Shown here piece by piece: positions 16,911 through 28,800 of a stretch of DNA of 64,000 nt. The position numbers were made by a program, and so were the translations under genes. The notes below the pieces were generated by a model that ran no database searches, was not told the origin of the DNA, and saw nothing but the letters and a program-made list of their open reading frames with translations. The stretch is from an uncultured Gammaproteobacteria bacterium (lineage in GTDB: Bacteria; Patescibacteriota; Patescibacteriia; Patescibacteriales; GWC2-42-12): NCBI GenBank assembly GCA_964431805.1, contig CAYSKV010000002.1:8025-72024 (forward strand). Reading direction: 5' to 3'. The stretch's first letter is position 1, and each line of letters opens with the position of its first letter.

Positions 16911-18191
16911 TTATAACTTTAACATTTTTTCAAACTCTTTTTTATCTTGATACGGCCCAATCACGGCTAAATTTAACTTCTGATTAACAAAAATTTCTTT
17001 AGCGACGCGGCGAATATCTTCAGCGCTAACTTTTTTTATGGTGTTGTAGTATTTTTCCGGCGTTAAAATTTTATCTTTTTTATTTTGCTCTTTAAATAAA
17101 ATCGCCTGCCGAGCGTACCAGTTGGCTAAGCTATCGGATGATTCAAGGTTTAAAGTCGTGCGGCCGATTAAACATTGCTTAACACGATTTAATTCTTCGG
17201 CTCCGACCAATTTTTCGGTTATTTTTTTATATTCGGCTAAAATTATTTTTATGGCTTGATTAATTTTATCTATAGGTACCCCGGCTTGAGTAGTTAAGTA
17301 ACCAGAGTCGGTGTATGGTTCATTATGCGTTCTAACATAATAAGCTAAACCTCGGCGTTCTCTTAACTCGGTAAAAAGCCTGGAGCTCATAGTACCACCT
17401 AAAATTATGGAAATAATTTTGGCCGCAATTTCATCCTTATCGCCGAAAGGATAAGTTCTAACGCCGAGCGATAAATGAGCCTGATCGGTTTTTTTATAAA
17501 ACAAATTAAGATTAGGTTTTGTTTGTTTATCGTTTGTTTTTATTTTTTCCTGGTAATCCTGTTTGGAAAATTTCTTAAAATATTTATTAATTAATTTTAA
17601 AGCTGATGGTTTAAAACCGCCGGATAAACTAATAATTATTTTGTCCGAACTATATTGAGAATTTAAATAATTTAAAATTTGCTGACGATTTAATTGACTA
17701 ATAGTTTCTTTAGTGCCAATCGTATCTCGGCCGGCCGGCGTATCGCCGTAAAGACATTCTTCAAATAAATCTTCTATATAAATAAGCGGATTATCAAGAT
17801 ACATATTAAGCTCTTCTATTATAACTCCCTTTTCGCGATTAATTTCTTCTTCTTCAAATTTTGAATTTAATAACATATCGCTTAAAACATCTAAAGCTAA
17901 TTCGAGTTGGCTGGCTTCGACTTTTATAAAATACCCGGTATATTCTTTGCCGGTAAAAGCATTAAATTCTCCGCCGACACGATCTAACTCCGAAGAAATT
18001 GCTAGCGTAGTCGGACGCTTTAAAGTACCTTTAAAAAACATATGCTCTAGAAAATGAGAAACTCCGCTAATTTGCTTATCTTCGAACCTGGAACCAGTCG
18101 CTATCATAACTAAAACTGTTATAGTTTTAGTACCGGAAATTGGCGCGGTTATCACTTCTAGTTGATTAGATAATTTTGTTATTTTATACAT
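16911..18191 (-). CDS. M16 (pitrilysin) family zinc peptidase
   Basis: 426 aa with the HFLEHMFFKG inverted zinc motif (HxxEH) near the N-terminus and the two-domain length typical of M16B. Confidence 0.85.
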   Translation of the reverse strand: MYKITKLSNQLEVITAPISGTKTITVLVMIATGSRFEDKQISGVSHFLEHMFFKGTLKRPTTLAISSELDRVGGEFNAFTGKEYTGYFIKVEASQLELALDVLSDMLLNSKFEEEEINREKGVIIEELNMYLDNPLIYIEDLFEECLYGDTPAGRDTIGTKETISQLNRQQILNYLNSQYSSDKIIISLSGGFKPSALKLINKYFKKFSKQDYQEKIKTNDKQTKPNLNLFYKKTDQAHLSLGVRTYPFGDKDEIAAKIISIILGGTMSSRLFTELRERRGLAYYVRTHNEPYTDSGYLTTQAGVPIDKINQAIKIILAEYKKITEKLVGAEELNRVKQCLIGRTTLNLESSDSLANWYARQAILFKEQNKKDKILTPEKYYNTIKKVSAEDIRRVAKEIFVNQKLNLAVIGPYQDKKEFEKMLKL

Positions 18192-18201
18192 AAAAATAAA
18201 C

Positions 18202-18240
18202 TGATAAGCTAAGAGGGTTTTTTACTTTAATATTAAATAA
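18202..18240. repeat. Direct repeat copy 1 (with near-palindromic core CTTTAATATTAAA)
   Basis: The sequence tgataagctaagagggttttttactttaatattaaataa resembles 18345-18384 (tgataaggcaagctggggttttgctttaatattaaaataa). Confidence 0.6.
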
Positions 18241-18344
18241 AAATCAACTAATTAATAATCATTAATTAGTAATGTAAAAAATACTATAAAAAATACAAAA
18301 AAATATTTAATTTAAGCTATTTTTTAAAAAATATTATTTTAAAT

Positions 18345-18384
18345 TGATAAGGCAAGCTGGGGTTTTGCTTTAATATTAAAATAA
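18345..18384. repeat. Direct repeat copy 2
   Basis: See 18202-18240. This copy lies directly after the stop of the 193-aa gene, and copy 1 lies directly before the M16 start. Confidence 0.6.
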
Positions 18385-18386
18385 AT

Positions 18387-18968
18387 TTACTTTTCATATT
18401 CTAAAATGGCCTGAAGAACTTTTGAATCTGACTTTAACGGAGTAGCATCGGATATATTACATTGGTAAATAAGAACTTTGCTTTCTGGACCATAAGTTTC
18501 TTTACCTTGTTTAACTAACCGCATATCACCTGTACTAGTAAAAATTTTATTATTTTTAATACTCTCTTTTTGATCATAATCATAATAAACATTATTAATT
18601 ACTACCGGATCAGCATTTACATCAGAGACCTGGCCATAATATACTAAACCATTATCTTTTAAAGTAACCGCATACCAAGTTTGATTTTTATCTGCTCCGC
18701 TAAACCAGTTCTTATTTTTAAAAAATAAAAAATAAAATGCGGCAATAATTATTAAAACCGCTAAAACAAAAACCACGGCTTTAATTAAACCTTGATGTGA
18801 ATTTTTTATTTTAGGCTGACTAATTTTTTTTAAATCTGTTTTAGCTTCAGTAGAATTTTCTTCATTATAAATTTTTTCTAGAGGCGTAACAGGTTTTTTA
18901 ATCATAGCGGCTTTCCTTTGCCGCTCCATTTTACCTCTAAGATCTACCGTTTGTTGAAAATCTGACAT
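18387..18968 (-). CDS. Membrane-anchored protein, unknown function
   Basis: 193 aa with a single TM (AVVFVLAVLIIIAAFYFLFF) and no family I recognise. It is the last gene of the apparent giant-gene operon. Confidence 0.6.
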   Translation of the reverse strand: MSDFQQTVDLRGKMERQRKAAMIKKPVTPLEKIYNEENSTEAKTDLKKISQPKIKNSHQGLIKAVVFVLAVLIIIAAFYFLFFKNKNWFSGADKNQTWYAVTLKDNGLVYYGQVSDVNADPVVINNVYYDYDQKESIKNNKIFTSTGDMRLVKQGKETYGPESKVLIYQCNISDATPLKSDSKVLQAILEYEK

Positions 18969-18983
18969 ATAATTATTTATTAA

Positions 18984-19823
18984 TTAATTTTCTATTAATG
19001 TTGATGGTGCAGTTTCGCTTTCCGTCACTCCATTATTCTCTTCCGGCAACTCAATAATATTAACATTAGTTGGTTCGTCGATAGTTGAAGTTTCTGAAGA
19101 GGTTGGAATTTCCGGTTCAGTGATTTCAGTGTTGGTTGTTTCTTCTGAAGTAGTGGCGGTATCAGTTGAAGTTGCAAAGATTTCCGGATGAGCGGCCACA
19201 TAATCATTGTAGATTTGGGTTAGGTTATCAGTACCGTCATTGGTTGTTTGATTATTGGTAGTTTCTGGGAGATTGAAATTTTCCGGCGCAGGCAGTTCTC
19301 GTTTAACTACCGGATCATAACCGGGGAAAACCGTGGAGGCTAAATCCAGGGTTAAACCGACTAAACCGCTGTATTCAGTAACTTCAATTCTGGTGGTTTG
19401 ACCTTGGGCTTGAGCTAAAATTTGCTCCTCGGTTAATTCTCTGATTCTGGCTTCATAGTGTTTGGCTAAAAATTTAGCCATGTATTCACCAATGTCTTGT
19501 TTGATCCTTTTACTGACTTTCTGGGTGTTTTGGTTTAATTGATATTGCCAGGCATTATCAATGATTACAATATCTAGATAGCTATAGGTGACATAATAGT
19601 ATTTTTCGTCTTGTTCAATAGTTTCAATTTTAAAATCCATGTTGAAGGTAGCTAAATCAACTGAGAGTAGCAGTGTATTATCTATACCCTCTATACTAGT
19701 TTGTTTCTGGCCGATATTTTCCGGACCGGCGGCTAGCGCGCCTCCGCCCACGATTAAAACTATAGCTAGAATGATAATAGTAGCGTTGTTGTATTTTAGA
19801 AAATTTATTATTTTATCAAACAT
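18984..19823 (-). CDS. Membrane-anchored protein with Thr/Glu/Pro-rich tail, unknown function
   Basis: 279 aa with an N-terminal TM (ATIIILAIVLIVGGGALAAG). It starts 9 nt after the giant gene's stop. Confidence 0.6.
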   Translation of the reverse strand: MFDKIINFLKYNNATIIILAIVLIVGGGALAAGPENIGQKQTSIEGIDNTLLLSVDLATFNMDFKIETIEQDEKYYYVTYSYLDIVIIDNAWQYQLNQNTQKVSKRIKQDIGEYMAKFLAKHYEARIRELTEEQILAQAQGQTTRIEVTEYSGLVGLTLDLASTVFPGYDPVVKRELPAPENFNLPETTNNQTTNDGTDNLTQIYNDYVAAHPEIFATSTDTATTSEETTNTEITEPEIPTSSETSTIDEPTNVNIIELPEENNGVTESETAPSTLIEN

Positions 19824-19832
19824 AATGTTTAG

Positions 19833-22800
19833 TTATTTTGTACATCTAAATCCTACATTATTATTTTGTTCTGCAGGACTATGCGATAAGTCAAGACTAT
19901 AGATTCCATCAAACCCTCTAATAAAACCTCTAACAGGAACGTCGCCTGCTCCGGTTAATATTTTACCAATTCCATTATTAGAAGATGTCAAATAATATGC
20001 GGGTTTAAGATATTGTAAAGATTTAAATGACGATATTAAATTATATTCCTGCCATTCATCTGAGAGCGGATTAATTGTATCATCTTGAGTAATATTTGAA
20101 TCTGTCCACTCACTCACCTCGCCCACTAAATTGTTAATCAAGTTATCATTATTTAATTTGTAAGATATGGAAGTGGTGGCGAGTTGCATGCCAGCAATAT
20201 TGGTATCGCTATCATTGTCAGGATTTTGCAAAATATTTTCAGCGATAGTTAACCATTCATTTTCACCAATTAAGTGATAACCCGTGCCTAGAGTTTGGCA
20301 AGCGATTTGAGCTTCGCCCTGAGAGATATTAGTTTTGATTTGGTCTAATTCATCTTTCATTAAATCTGCTTGGACGCAGAAACCAGGCAAGGTGCCATAT
20401 TTAGCTGAGCCAGGCACCCAGACAAAACCGTCTTCGCAATAACCCTCGAAAGCTCCGGCCACAACTTTGCCTTCAACGCCTAAATCAGCCATGGTTTCAT
20501 CAACCGCTGAGTCTAGGGCGTTAGAGCAATAACCGCCGGCGCAGAGCATAATACGACCGTCAACTAACATTGAGCCTGCGACTTTAACTTCACCGCTTTG
20601 AGCTATATTCATAATAGAGACGCCGTTAGCTTGAAAATCTGCGATATCGCCTGAACCTGATTGATTAACTATGAATGCGGTTTTAGTTGAGGAAGCGGTT
20701 ATTTCGGTTAGTTCAACAATCTTAACTTCTGGCTCTTGGCCTGGTTCTGAGACTGAATCTTTACCGATTATGATGCTGCCGTTTTCATCAAACGACATTA
20801 TATTCTCACCATTCTGGTTTTGTAAAAATAGAGCTTGTGGAGTAATACCGCTGGCGGCTTCGGTAAAGCGGAAATTGTTGGCAAAAATTAAATCACCGAC
20901 GTAGGAGTTAGTGGCGTGCAGAGTGCCTAAAACATCTAAATTACTGGCGATGGTTGAAGTACCGGTTCCGCCGACTTCGAGGAGGCCTGAGATATAGGCT
21001 GAATTATATTTATCGCCAGCGAGTAGATAGACTGGGGTGCTTGAACCAACCGTCAGAAGAGCTTGAGGAGAGGTGGTGCCGATGCCGACATTGCCTGAAG
21101 CGTCAATAATGAACGGCGTAGCGTCGGGAGAAGTAGAGTCTTCAACTATAAAACTCGGACCGGTACCGGTGTTGGTGACGGACAATTTAGCGTAAGGAGT
21201 AGTAGAGCCGATGCCAACTTTTCCAGTCGATAAAGTTGTTCCTGTTCCATCCATTCCGGTTGCAAAAATCAGATTGCCAATATTAAGTTGATTACTTGTA
21301 GTTGGAGATGTGAGTTCAACATCTTTTCCAATAAGTATGTTGTTTGCTCCAGAGCCTAAAACTGAACCGGAATCAGAACCGATTACAATATTATAATTGC
21401 CAACAGTTGTTGCTGATGCTTGATAACCAGCAGCATATCCTAAATATGTGCCATAGCTTCCTTGAGCATTTCTACCAGCACCATATCCTAGAGCATTATT
21501 GCTATTGTTGTTTGTAGTAAGACCAAAAAGAGCATGACTACCGAAAGCATTATTAAAAGAATATGAATAATTAGAATTGTTTCTTAAAGCGTTCTGGCCA
21601 AAAGCAGCATTGGATGATCCTGTTTGATTTCCTTGTAAAGTAGCATACCCAAAACCAGCATTGCCAATACCTGAAATTAGCGAGGCAACAGCGCCATTAC
21701 CAAAAGCATCATTATCATTTCCTGTTGTTAAGGCAGCTAAAGCTCCTGAGCCAAAAGCTGATGAAGTTGAACCTCTTGTAACAACAGGCATAGCACCATT
21801 TCCAAAAGCAGTAACATAATTTCCAAGCCTACCAAAAACTACTCCATCACGATAAATTATTCCTGCCGTTGTATTGTTTTTATTATAAATCCAATCAGTA
21901 GCAGTTGTATCCATTGCGCTATTGTCACTATAAGTTGTTGTGGTGTTGTCATTTATGGTTCCAATATAATAAAGGTAATAATAATCTCCGACGGTTCCAG
22001 CCTGCGAGCGATAAATCTTTCTTTTAGTAACTCTTGGATCGGTAGAAGTTGGAATATTTGAAATTGAAACACTGAAATCACTAGCAGAAGTTATTGTAGG
22101 GAAAATAGTATAGGAGGCTCCACCTGTATCTCCATCCGCTGTCCCGAAGGCTACCGCGTAATAATATGTTCCGGCTGGTATTGATCCGGCGCCACTATTA
22201 GTTAGAACCATTCCTTGAGTTTGAGCATTTGTTGGATTAGCCACCGTATCAAAATTAAAGTTTCCTGCTACTTCAAGAGTTTTTGATATTGTTGTGTCAT
22301 ATGACTGCCCGATTTTTACCCTATTGTCATCACGGGCCATGATAATATTATTGCCGGATGAATTATTAACATTAAAACTATAAGTGGATGATGTTGATCC
22401 CGATCCGATTATGCTAAGTCTTGAGGTAGGTGAAGTCGTTCCAATTCCCACATTACCATTACTCGCCACAGTTAAATAAGTTGATGTAGCGGCACCAGCG
22501 GTTGAAGAAGCTACAACGAACAAAGGAGCAGAACCACCCAAAGTATTTTCTACTGATAATTTAGCATAAGGAGAAGTTGTACCGATGCCGACGTTACCAG
22601 ATGTGGAATCTATAGTCATTCTCGCAGTATCATTAGTGAAAAATTGAAGTGGTGTTGCATTATCTGTTCCAAACACCGTTGCATATGTCAAGCCTCCGTT
22701 ACCAAATATTCCTGTTCCCGCACTACTTGAAACCCCAATTCTTCCTGCTCCCAAACCAGCGTTATTAAAAGCAATATAATAACCGGAAGTTGTATCTACT

Positions 22801-25800
22801 CCGATTGTTCCTCCATATGCAGAAATTGATCCAGTGGTTGAAAATGAATTTGCAGTAACTCCTGAATTAAAAGTAAAGTTTACTCCAGAACTTTTTGTTA
22901 TAGAACCATCACCCAAAGAAATACCGCCCGTAGAACCATTTCCAAAAATAGCATTTGAAGTTGAACTTGCTCTAAAAGTACCGGCGACATCTAGCGAATA
23001 ACTTGGATTCGTCGTGCCGATGCCGACATCGCCGGAGTTATCAATTACCATTTTCGTAGTAACTGCTCCGAAGCCGGTGCCGAAGGCCAGACCGGTCGCG
23101 CCCGCGCCGAATGTATAGCCTCTAATATCGGCCAATTCCGAACCCGAGCTGGTGCCGTTGCCCGTGAAGACAATCCGCGGACCGCTACCGACAGTAGCGG
23201 AAGCCACGGCCGCCTGGAGTTTAAGCACATTTTGTCCGCTCGTACTTACCGCCGCCGAGCTATAAACATCCAGCAAGGTATTGGGCGTAGTTGTGCCGAT
23301 CCCGACATTGCCTGAAGCGTCAATAATGAACGGCGTAGCGTCGGGAGAAGTAGAGTCTTCAACTATAAAACTCGGACCGGTACCGGTGTTGGTGACGGAC
23401 AATTTAGCGTAAGGAGTAGTAGAGCCGATGCTGACATCGCCGGAGTTATCAATTACCATTTTCGTAGTAACTGCTCCGAAGCCGGTGCCGAAGGCCAGAC
23501 CGGTCGCGCCCGCGCCGAATGTATAGCCTCTAATATCGGCCAATTCCGAACCCGAGCTGGTGCCGTTGCCCGTGAAGACAATCCGCGGACCGCTACCGAC
23601 AGTAGCGGAAGCCACGGCCGCCTGGAGTTTAAGCACATTTTGTCCGCTCGTACTTACCGCCGCCGAGCTATAAACATCCAGCAAGGTATTGGGCGTAGTT
23701 GTGCCGATACCGACGTTGCCGCTACCTTTCATAACAAAACCAATTGTGTCGACAGTTGAAGTTAAGCCAGCAGAATATCTAAAAGCAATTGCGTCATTAA
23801 TATCATTATTTAATAAATCAAAAACAAAATGATTATTTGCTGCTGATGATAAACGAGTAGCATACGACGTAGAGCCAGGATTTAAACCAGAAACATTAGA
23901 ATATGGATCTATAATTAAACCTCCACCAATTGCTGTTGAAGGGAGTACCGTTATAACATCTGCTCCAATAGTTTCATCTTTTAAATAAAAATTGCCGCCG
24001 TGAGTACGTATACTATAAGAACGAAGGGTTGCATAATTATCATCTAAAGTAATTTTGGGATTATCAGATTGTAGATAAAGTAAACTATTTGGACTCGTCG
24101 TCCCAATTCCCACATTCCCGTTACTAGCTATATATAAACTGCTGGTCGCTGTCCAGGCAGAATTTTGATAAGTTAAAGTTTGCCCGGTTGCGCCGATTGG
24201 CAAAGAATCAATACCTGCCGTAAATAAAGTTGAAGTAGCTACCCACTCAGTAGCTGAACCAGTGGTTTTTAAAATCATACCGTTAGTTCCGGCCGATGAT
24301 AATGAATCATACAATGCTCCGGTTAGAGCCATATTGCCGGCGACTGAGAGAGTTTGATAAGGGGAAGTTGTGCCTACACCAAGATTAGTCCCATCAAATA
24401 CAAAATTAGCGTTATCAGTTAATCTTCCATTTGTTGTAGCAAAAGGAATACGACCAGAAATAAGATCAATCCCATCATTTAAAACAAAACCTTTTCTATC
24501 ACCAACAACACTCCCTGATTGTAACTCTATTCTTCTAACGCCCATCCAACTTTCAGTAGACCATCTATCTGCGAATTTAAATGCGTAATATCGATATGCA
24601 GTATTATTTGTAACATTTATATATTTAGGATCGGCCTGATCTGCTGCAACATGTTGATCAAAAGTAGATTGAGAAGTTGTTAGCTGAGTCCAATTAGTGT
24701 CTATTCCATAAGTAAGTTCAGCAAATGCGTTCGCGTCATTAGAACCCCACAAAGTGAAATTTTTCACACCACCGCCAGTTGATCCTCCGTAATGATGAGC
24801 ATTCTCATAATATATTCTTGTTACTACCATACTTGAACCAAGATCTATATGGAATCGCTGATTAGTGATACTGCCATTTGCCCCTACCCATGAATTATTA
24901 TTTTGTTGACTTCCTGTAACTGATAATGATGGATTAGTAGCATAATAAGGCCAATAAGATGCATCATATATTGATGTTGCTTTGACGTAAGTATCTGAAT
25001 AAGCTAAAGGATAATTTGAAACAAAGCCGTTTGAATTTATTGATCCATAAAATGAATTACCGTCAAATTCTATTGCCCCAGCCTCAGATGTAGCTAATAA
25101 TGTCCCGGCTGTAAATTTAAGCGGAGCAGCCCCGGCGGTAGTGGTTCCTGCCGCTAGATGCAAAAACGCTGATGGAGAGGTAACACCAACCCCAATATTT
25201 CCATTCGCCTCTATATATAAACTCGAAGTCGCAGTCCAGGCAGAATTTTGATAAGTTAAAGTTTGGCCGTTTGTTCCGGTTGGTAAAGTACTAACTCCGG
25301 CCGTGAATAAAGTTGAAGTCGCTACCCACTCAGTAGCCGAACCGGTAGTTTTTAAAATCATGCCGTTAGTTCCGGCTGACGATAATGAATCATAAAATGC
25401 TCCTGTTAAAGCCATGTTGCCAGAAACGGAAAGAGTCTGATAAGGAGAAGTTGTGCCGATGCCGACGTTGCCGGTATTTGTTATGGTTAAAAAAGCATGA
25501 GATGTTGCCGCAGTTTCTCTGTCATGAGCTGATACAGAACTCTTTCTTCCAACTACATAATAATCTGATGATATATTATCATAAGGTCGTCCACTAAACC
25601 ATTCTGTATCGCTACTTCCATTAAACATATACAAACCCTGCCCTCTCTTAACGTCAGCTGAAGTATTTAATACTAAAGCACCGCCATGATAAAGTGATGA
25701 ATTTGTACCAGTAATAGTTAATTCTGGATATAAACCAGAAATTTCCACAGCAGTTGTCGGATTCGTAGTTCCAACGCCCACATTTCCATTACTCGCTACA

Positions 25801-28800
25801 GTTAAATAAGTTGATGTTGCCGCGCCAACGGTTGAAGAAGCAATAGTAAACAATGGCGCTAAACCACCTAAAGTATTTTCTACAGAAAGTTTAGCGTAGG
25901 GAGAAGTTGTACCGATGCCGACATAGCCATTTCCATCTATTGTAAACCGCTCCTGTCGTGTTGAACCATCGCTTGTAAATAGACCTAATTTTCTAGTTCC
26001 CGATCTAGCAATTCCAACGGCTGTTGCATCAATTGTAGATGAACCGCCAGATCCAAAAAACCAACCATCTTGTGTAGCGCCATTAAAATCTCTATCAAAA
26101 ATTGTTCTAGGCTGAGTTTCTGTTGAATAGTAATGAGCCATTTCTCCTGTTGTTGGTATAACCCATACGTGACTAGGTGTCGCTATATCACCAAGCCTAA
26201 TACTTCCATTAACATCCAGCTTATACCCAGGACTAACCGTTCCAATTCCAATATTCCCATTCTGTAATACATTCAAGCTGCCGTTTCCGGCAACTAGCCC
26301 GCCGGCAAAAGTTGAAGTTGCGGTCGTTGAAGTTGCGTTAAAATATTCGGCTACTGCCGGACCTACTACGGAGAGTTTAGCATATGGAGAAGTTGTCCCA
26401 ATTCCGACATTGCCAGTAGCTGTTATTCTCATCCTTTCGGTTGCAGCAGGACCAATAATAATATCCCCACCACCAACTTCAGTTCCTCCCTTTTTAGCTG
26501 TCAGAAATGATGTTGTGCCATCTATTGCTACTGAAATAACAGCGTTATAATGGCTTTCATCTAGGGTATCCTTGTTCGTATCAATTGATATAAATGATTG
26601 CTTGCCAACGCCGATTGAAGAATAAAGGGGGGCAATAACTAAAGCGGCATTTACATCCGAGGCGGTATTCCCTGTTAAAAATTGTGTTCTCGGATAATTA
26701 GCAGAAGGGCTATAGGCAGTAAACACGCCCTTAGCATTCGTTACTTCGCTAGAGATATAAGCTTGGTTCGTTATTAAATCTGACACTGATAACTTATACC
26801 CCGGCGCTGCCGTCCCAATCCCGACATTTCCATTAGTTAGTATAGAAACTCTTTCATTGCCAGCGCCAGAGGCAGAATCAAAGATAGATAATCGTCCGTT
26901 GTCAGAATTTTTAATAGACCAGGTCGAGGTGCCAATGTTTAGTGTGTCGAACCAACCTTCATTCCAACGATACGAAGAAGAGCCAATGTTATAGGTTAAA
27001 TTAGCGCTTGGTAGAATATCTCCAGAAACTGATAATCCTGAGCTAGTGATTGTTCCGGTGGCGGTTAGATTACCGGCAATATAGGCATCGCCGACTACGG
27101 AGAGTCTGGCGAATGGAGAAGTTGTACCGATGCCGAGGTTAGTTCCATTAAATACAAAATCAGCAGTATCAATTAATCTTCCATTGGTTGTTGCAAAAGG
27201 AACACGGCCAGCAACCAAATTAACGCCATCATTCAAAACAATGCCTTTTCTGCTACCAGCTTCATTTTCACCTTCTTGTTGTTGTAATTCTATGCGACGA
27301 ACCGCCATAAAATAAGAACCCCAATTATCTGCAAATTTAAAAGCGTAATATCTATAAGCAGTATTATTTTCAACAGTTATATATTTTGGATCTGGCGTAT
27401 TAGCTGCAACATGTTGTTCAAATTCGGTTTCTAAAGTAGTTAACTGTGTCCAGTTAGTATCATCCCCATAAGTTAAATCATCAAATGCGCTTGAATCGTT
27501 TGACCCCCAAAAAGTGAAATGTCTTACGCCAGCTTCCGTATAGTTTCCACTGTCATGGGCATTCTCATAATATATTTTAGTAACAGTTTTAGCTGAACCT
27601 AAATCAATATGAAATCGCTGATTAGTAGTTGCGCCATTGCTTGCATTCCAATTATCATTATTATCATCGCCAATTAAAGATTTATTTGGATCGGTAGCAA
27701 AATAAGCCATATATTGAGGCGTATTTTCTGATGTTGCTCTAACATAAGTCGCTGATTGTTCAGGCGGATATTGCGTTTGATATTGATATCCGGATGTTAT
27801 GGTTAAATAATAATTATCGCCTAAAAATTCCATAACTCCTGCTTCAGGATCAGTTAATAATGTCCCGGAAGTAAATTTGAGCGGAGCTGTGCCTACTGCG
27901 GAAGTTCCCGCGCCCAAATGCAAACGCGCAGTTGGTTCAGTAGTTCCAATTCCTACATTACCACTGACAATCAAATTATTAGTAACTTCACCATTTAATA
28001 TATTAGTAATTCCATCACTGCTAACTCGTAACATTTCTGATCCATTAAGTGCAACACCAAAGATGGTAGTATGGATAACCTCCTTAATCTGCTCATAACC
28101 ACGGATTATTCCTGTTCTAGTACTCAAGAGCATATCCTTATCTCCGTCATCATCCAGATCAGCAAAAGCAGGTATATTAATACCACCAATAACAGCAATT
28201 GCCCAGTCAGGATTATTTGTCCAAACTGGCGCGGAACCATCTCCAGTATTTTCAAAGCCATAAACACTATTAGCAGCATAAAGCCAGTTACCAATGAATA
28301 AATCCTGATCACCGTCATCATCAAAATCACTCAAAATAGGATAAATTGCGTAGTTAGCAGGTATTGGGATGTTCCAACTCGGCTCGGCCGACCAGCTTGG
28401 TAAAGAAACTGTGCCGATGTTTTCATAGCCAAGTATTATATATGCACCGCCATTATTGTAAAAACCCACCATTAAGTCATAATCACCGTCACCATCCAGA
28501 TCGCCCAGGGTCGGCAAATTCATATCTGTATTGGTGATTACCGGAGTATTCCATTCCGTCTTAAGTGCCCAAGCTGGTGATGTTGCGTTTCCTGTATTTT
28601 CAACGCCATAAGCCATGTCAGCAGTGGTTCCAACTAAAAGATCGAAGTCGCCGTCATTATCAAGATCCGCAACAGTTGGATAGCCCCATGAACCAAAATC
28701 TGTTGGAACATTCCATTCTGGTCTAGCTGTCCAAGTCGGCGATGTTGCGCTTCCCGTATTTTCATAAGCACCAATTATTCCATCTAGATTCATTAATAAA

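Noticed and set aside
16733-16987. 84-aa plus-strand ORF spanning the right end of the GIY-YIG element
   Set aside because: It runs antisense to both the GIY-YIG gene and the 3' end of the M16 gene and reads through the inverted repeat, with low-complexity sequence.
23045-23638. Two identical 61-aa ORFs (23045..23230 and 23453..23638)
   Set aside because: They are alternative-frame read-outs of the perfectly duplicated GC-rich block inside the giant gene. They serve as evidence for the repeat, not as genes.
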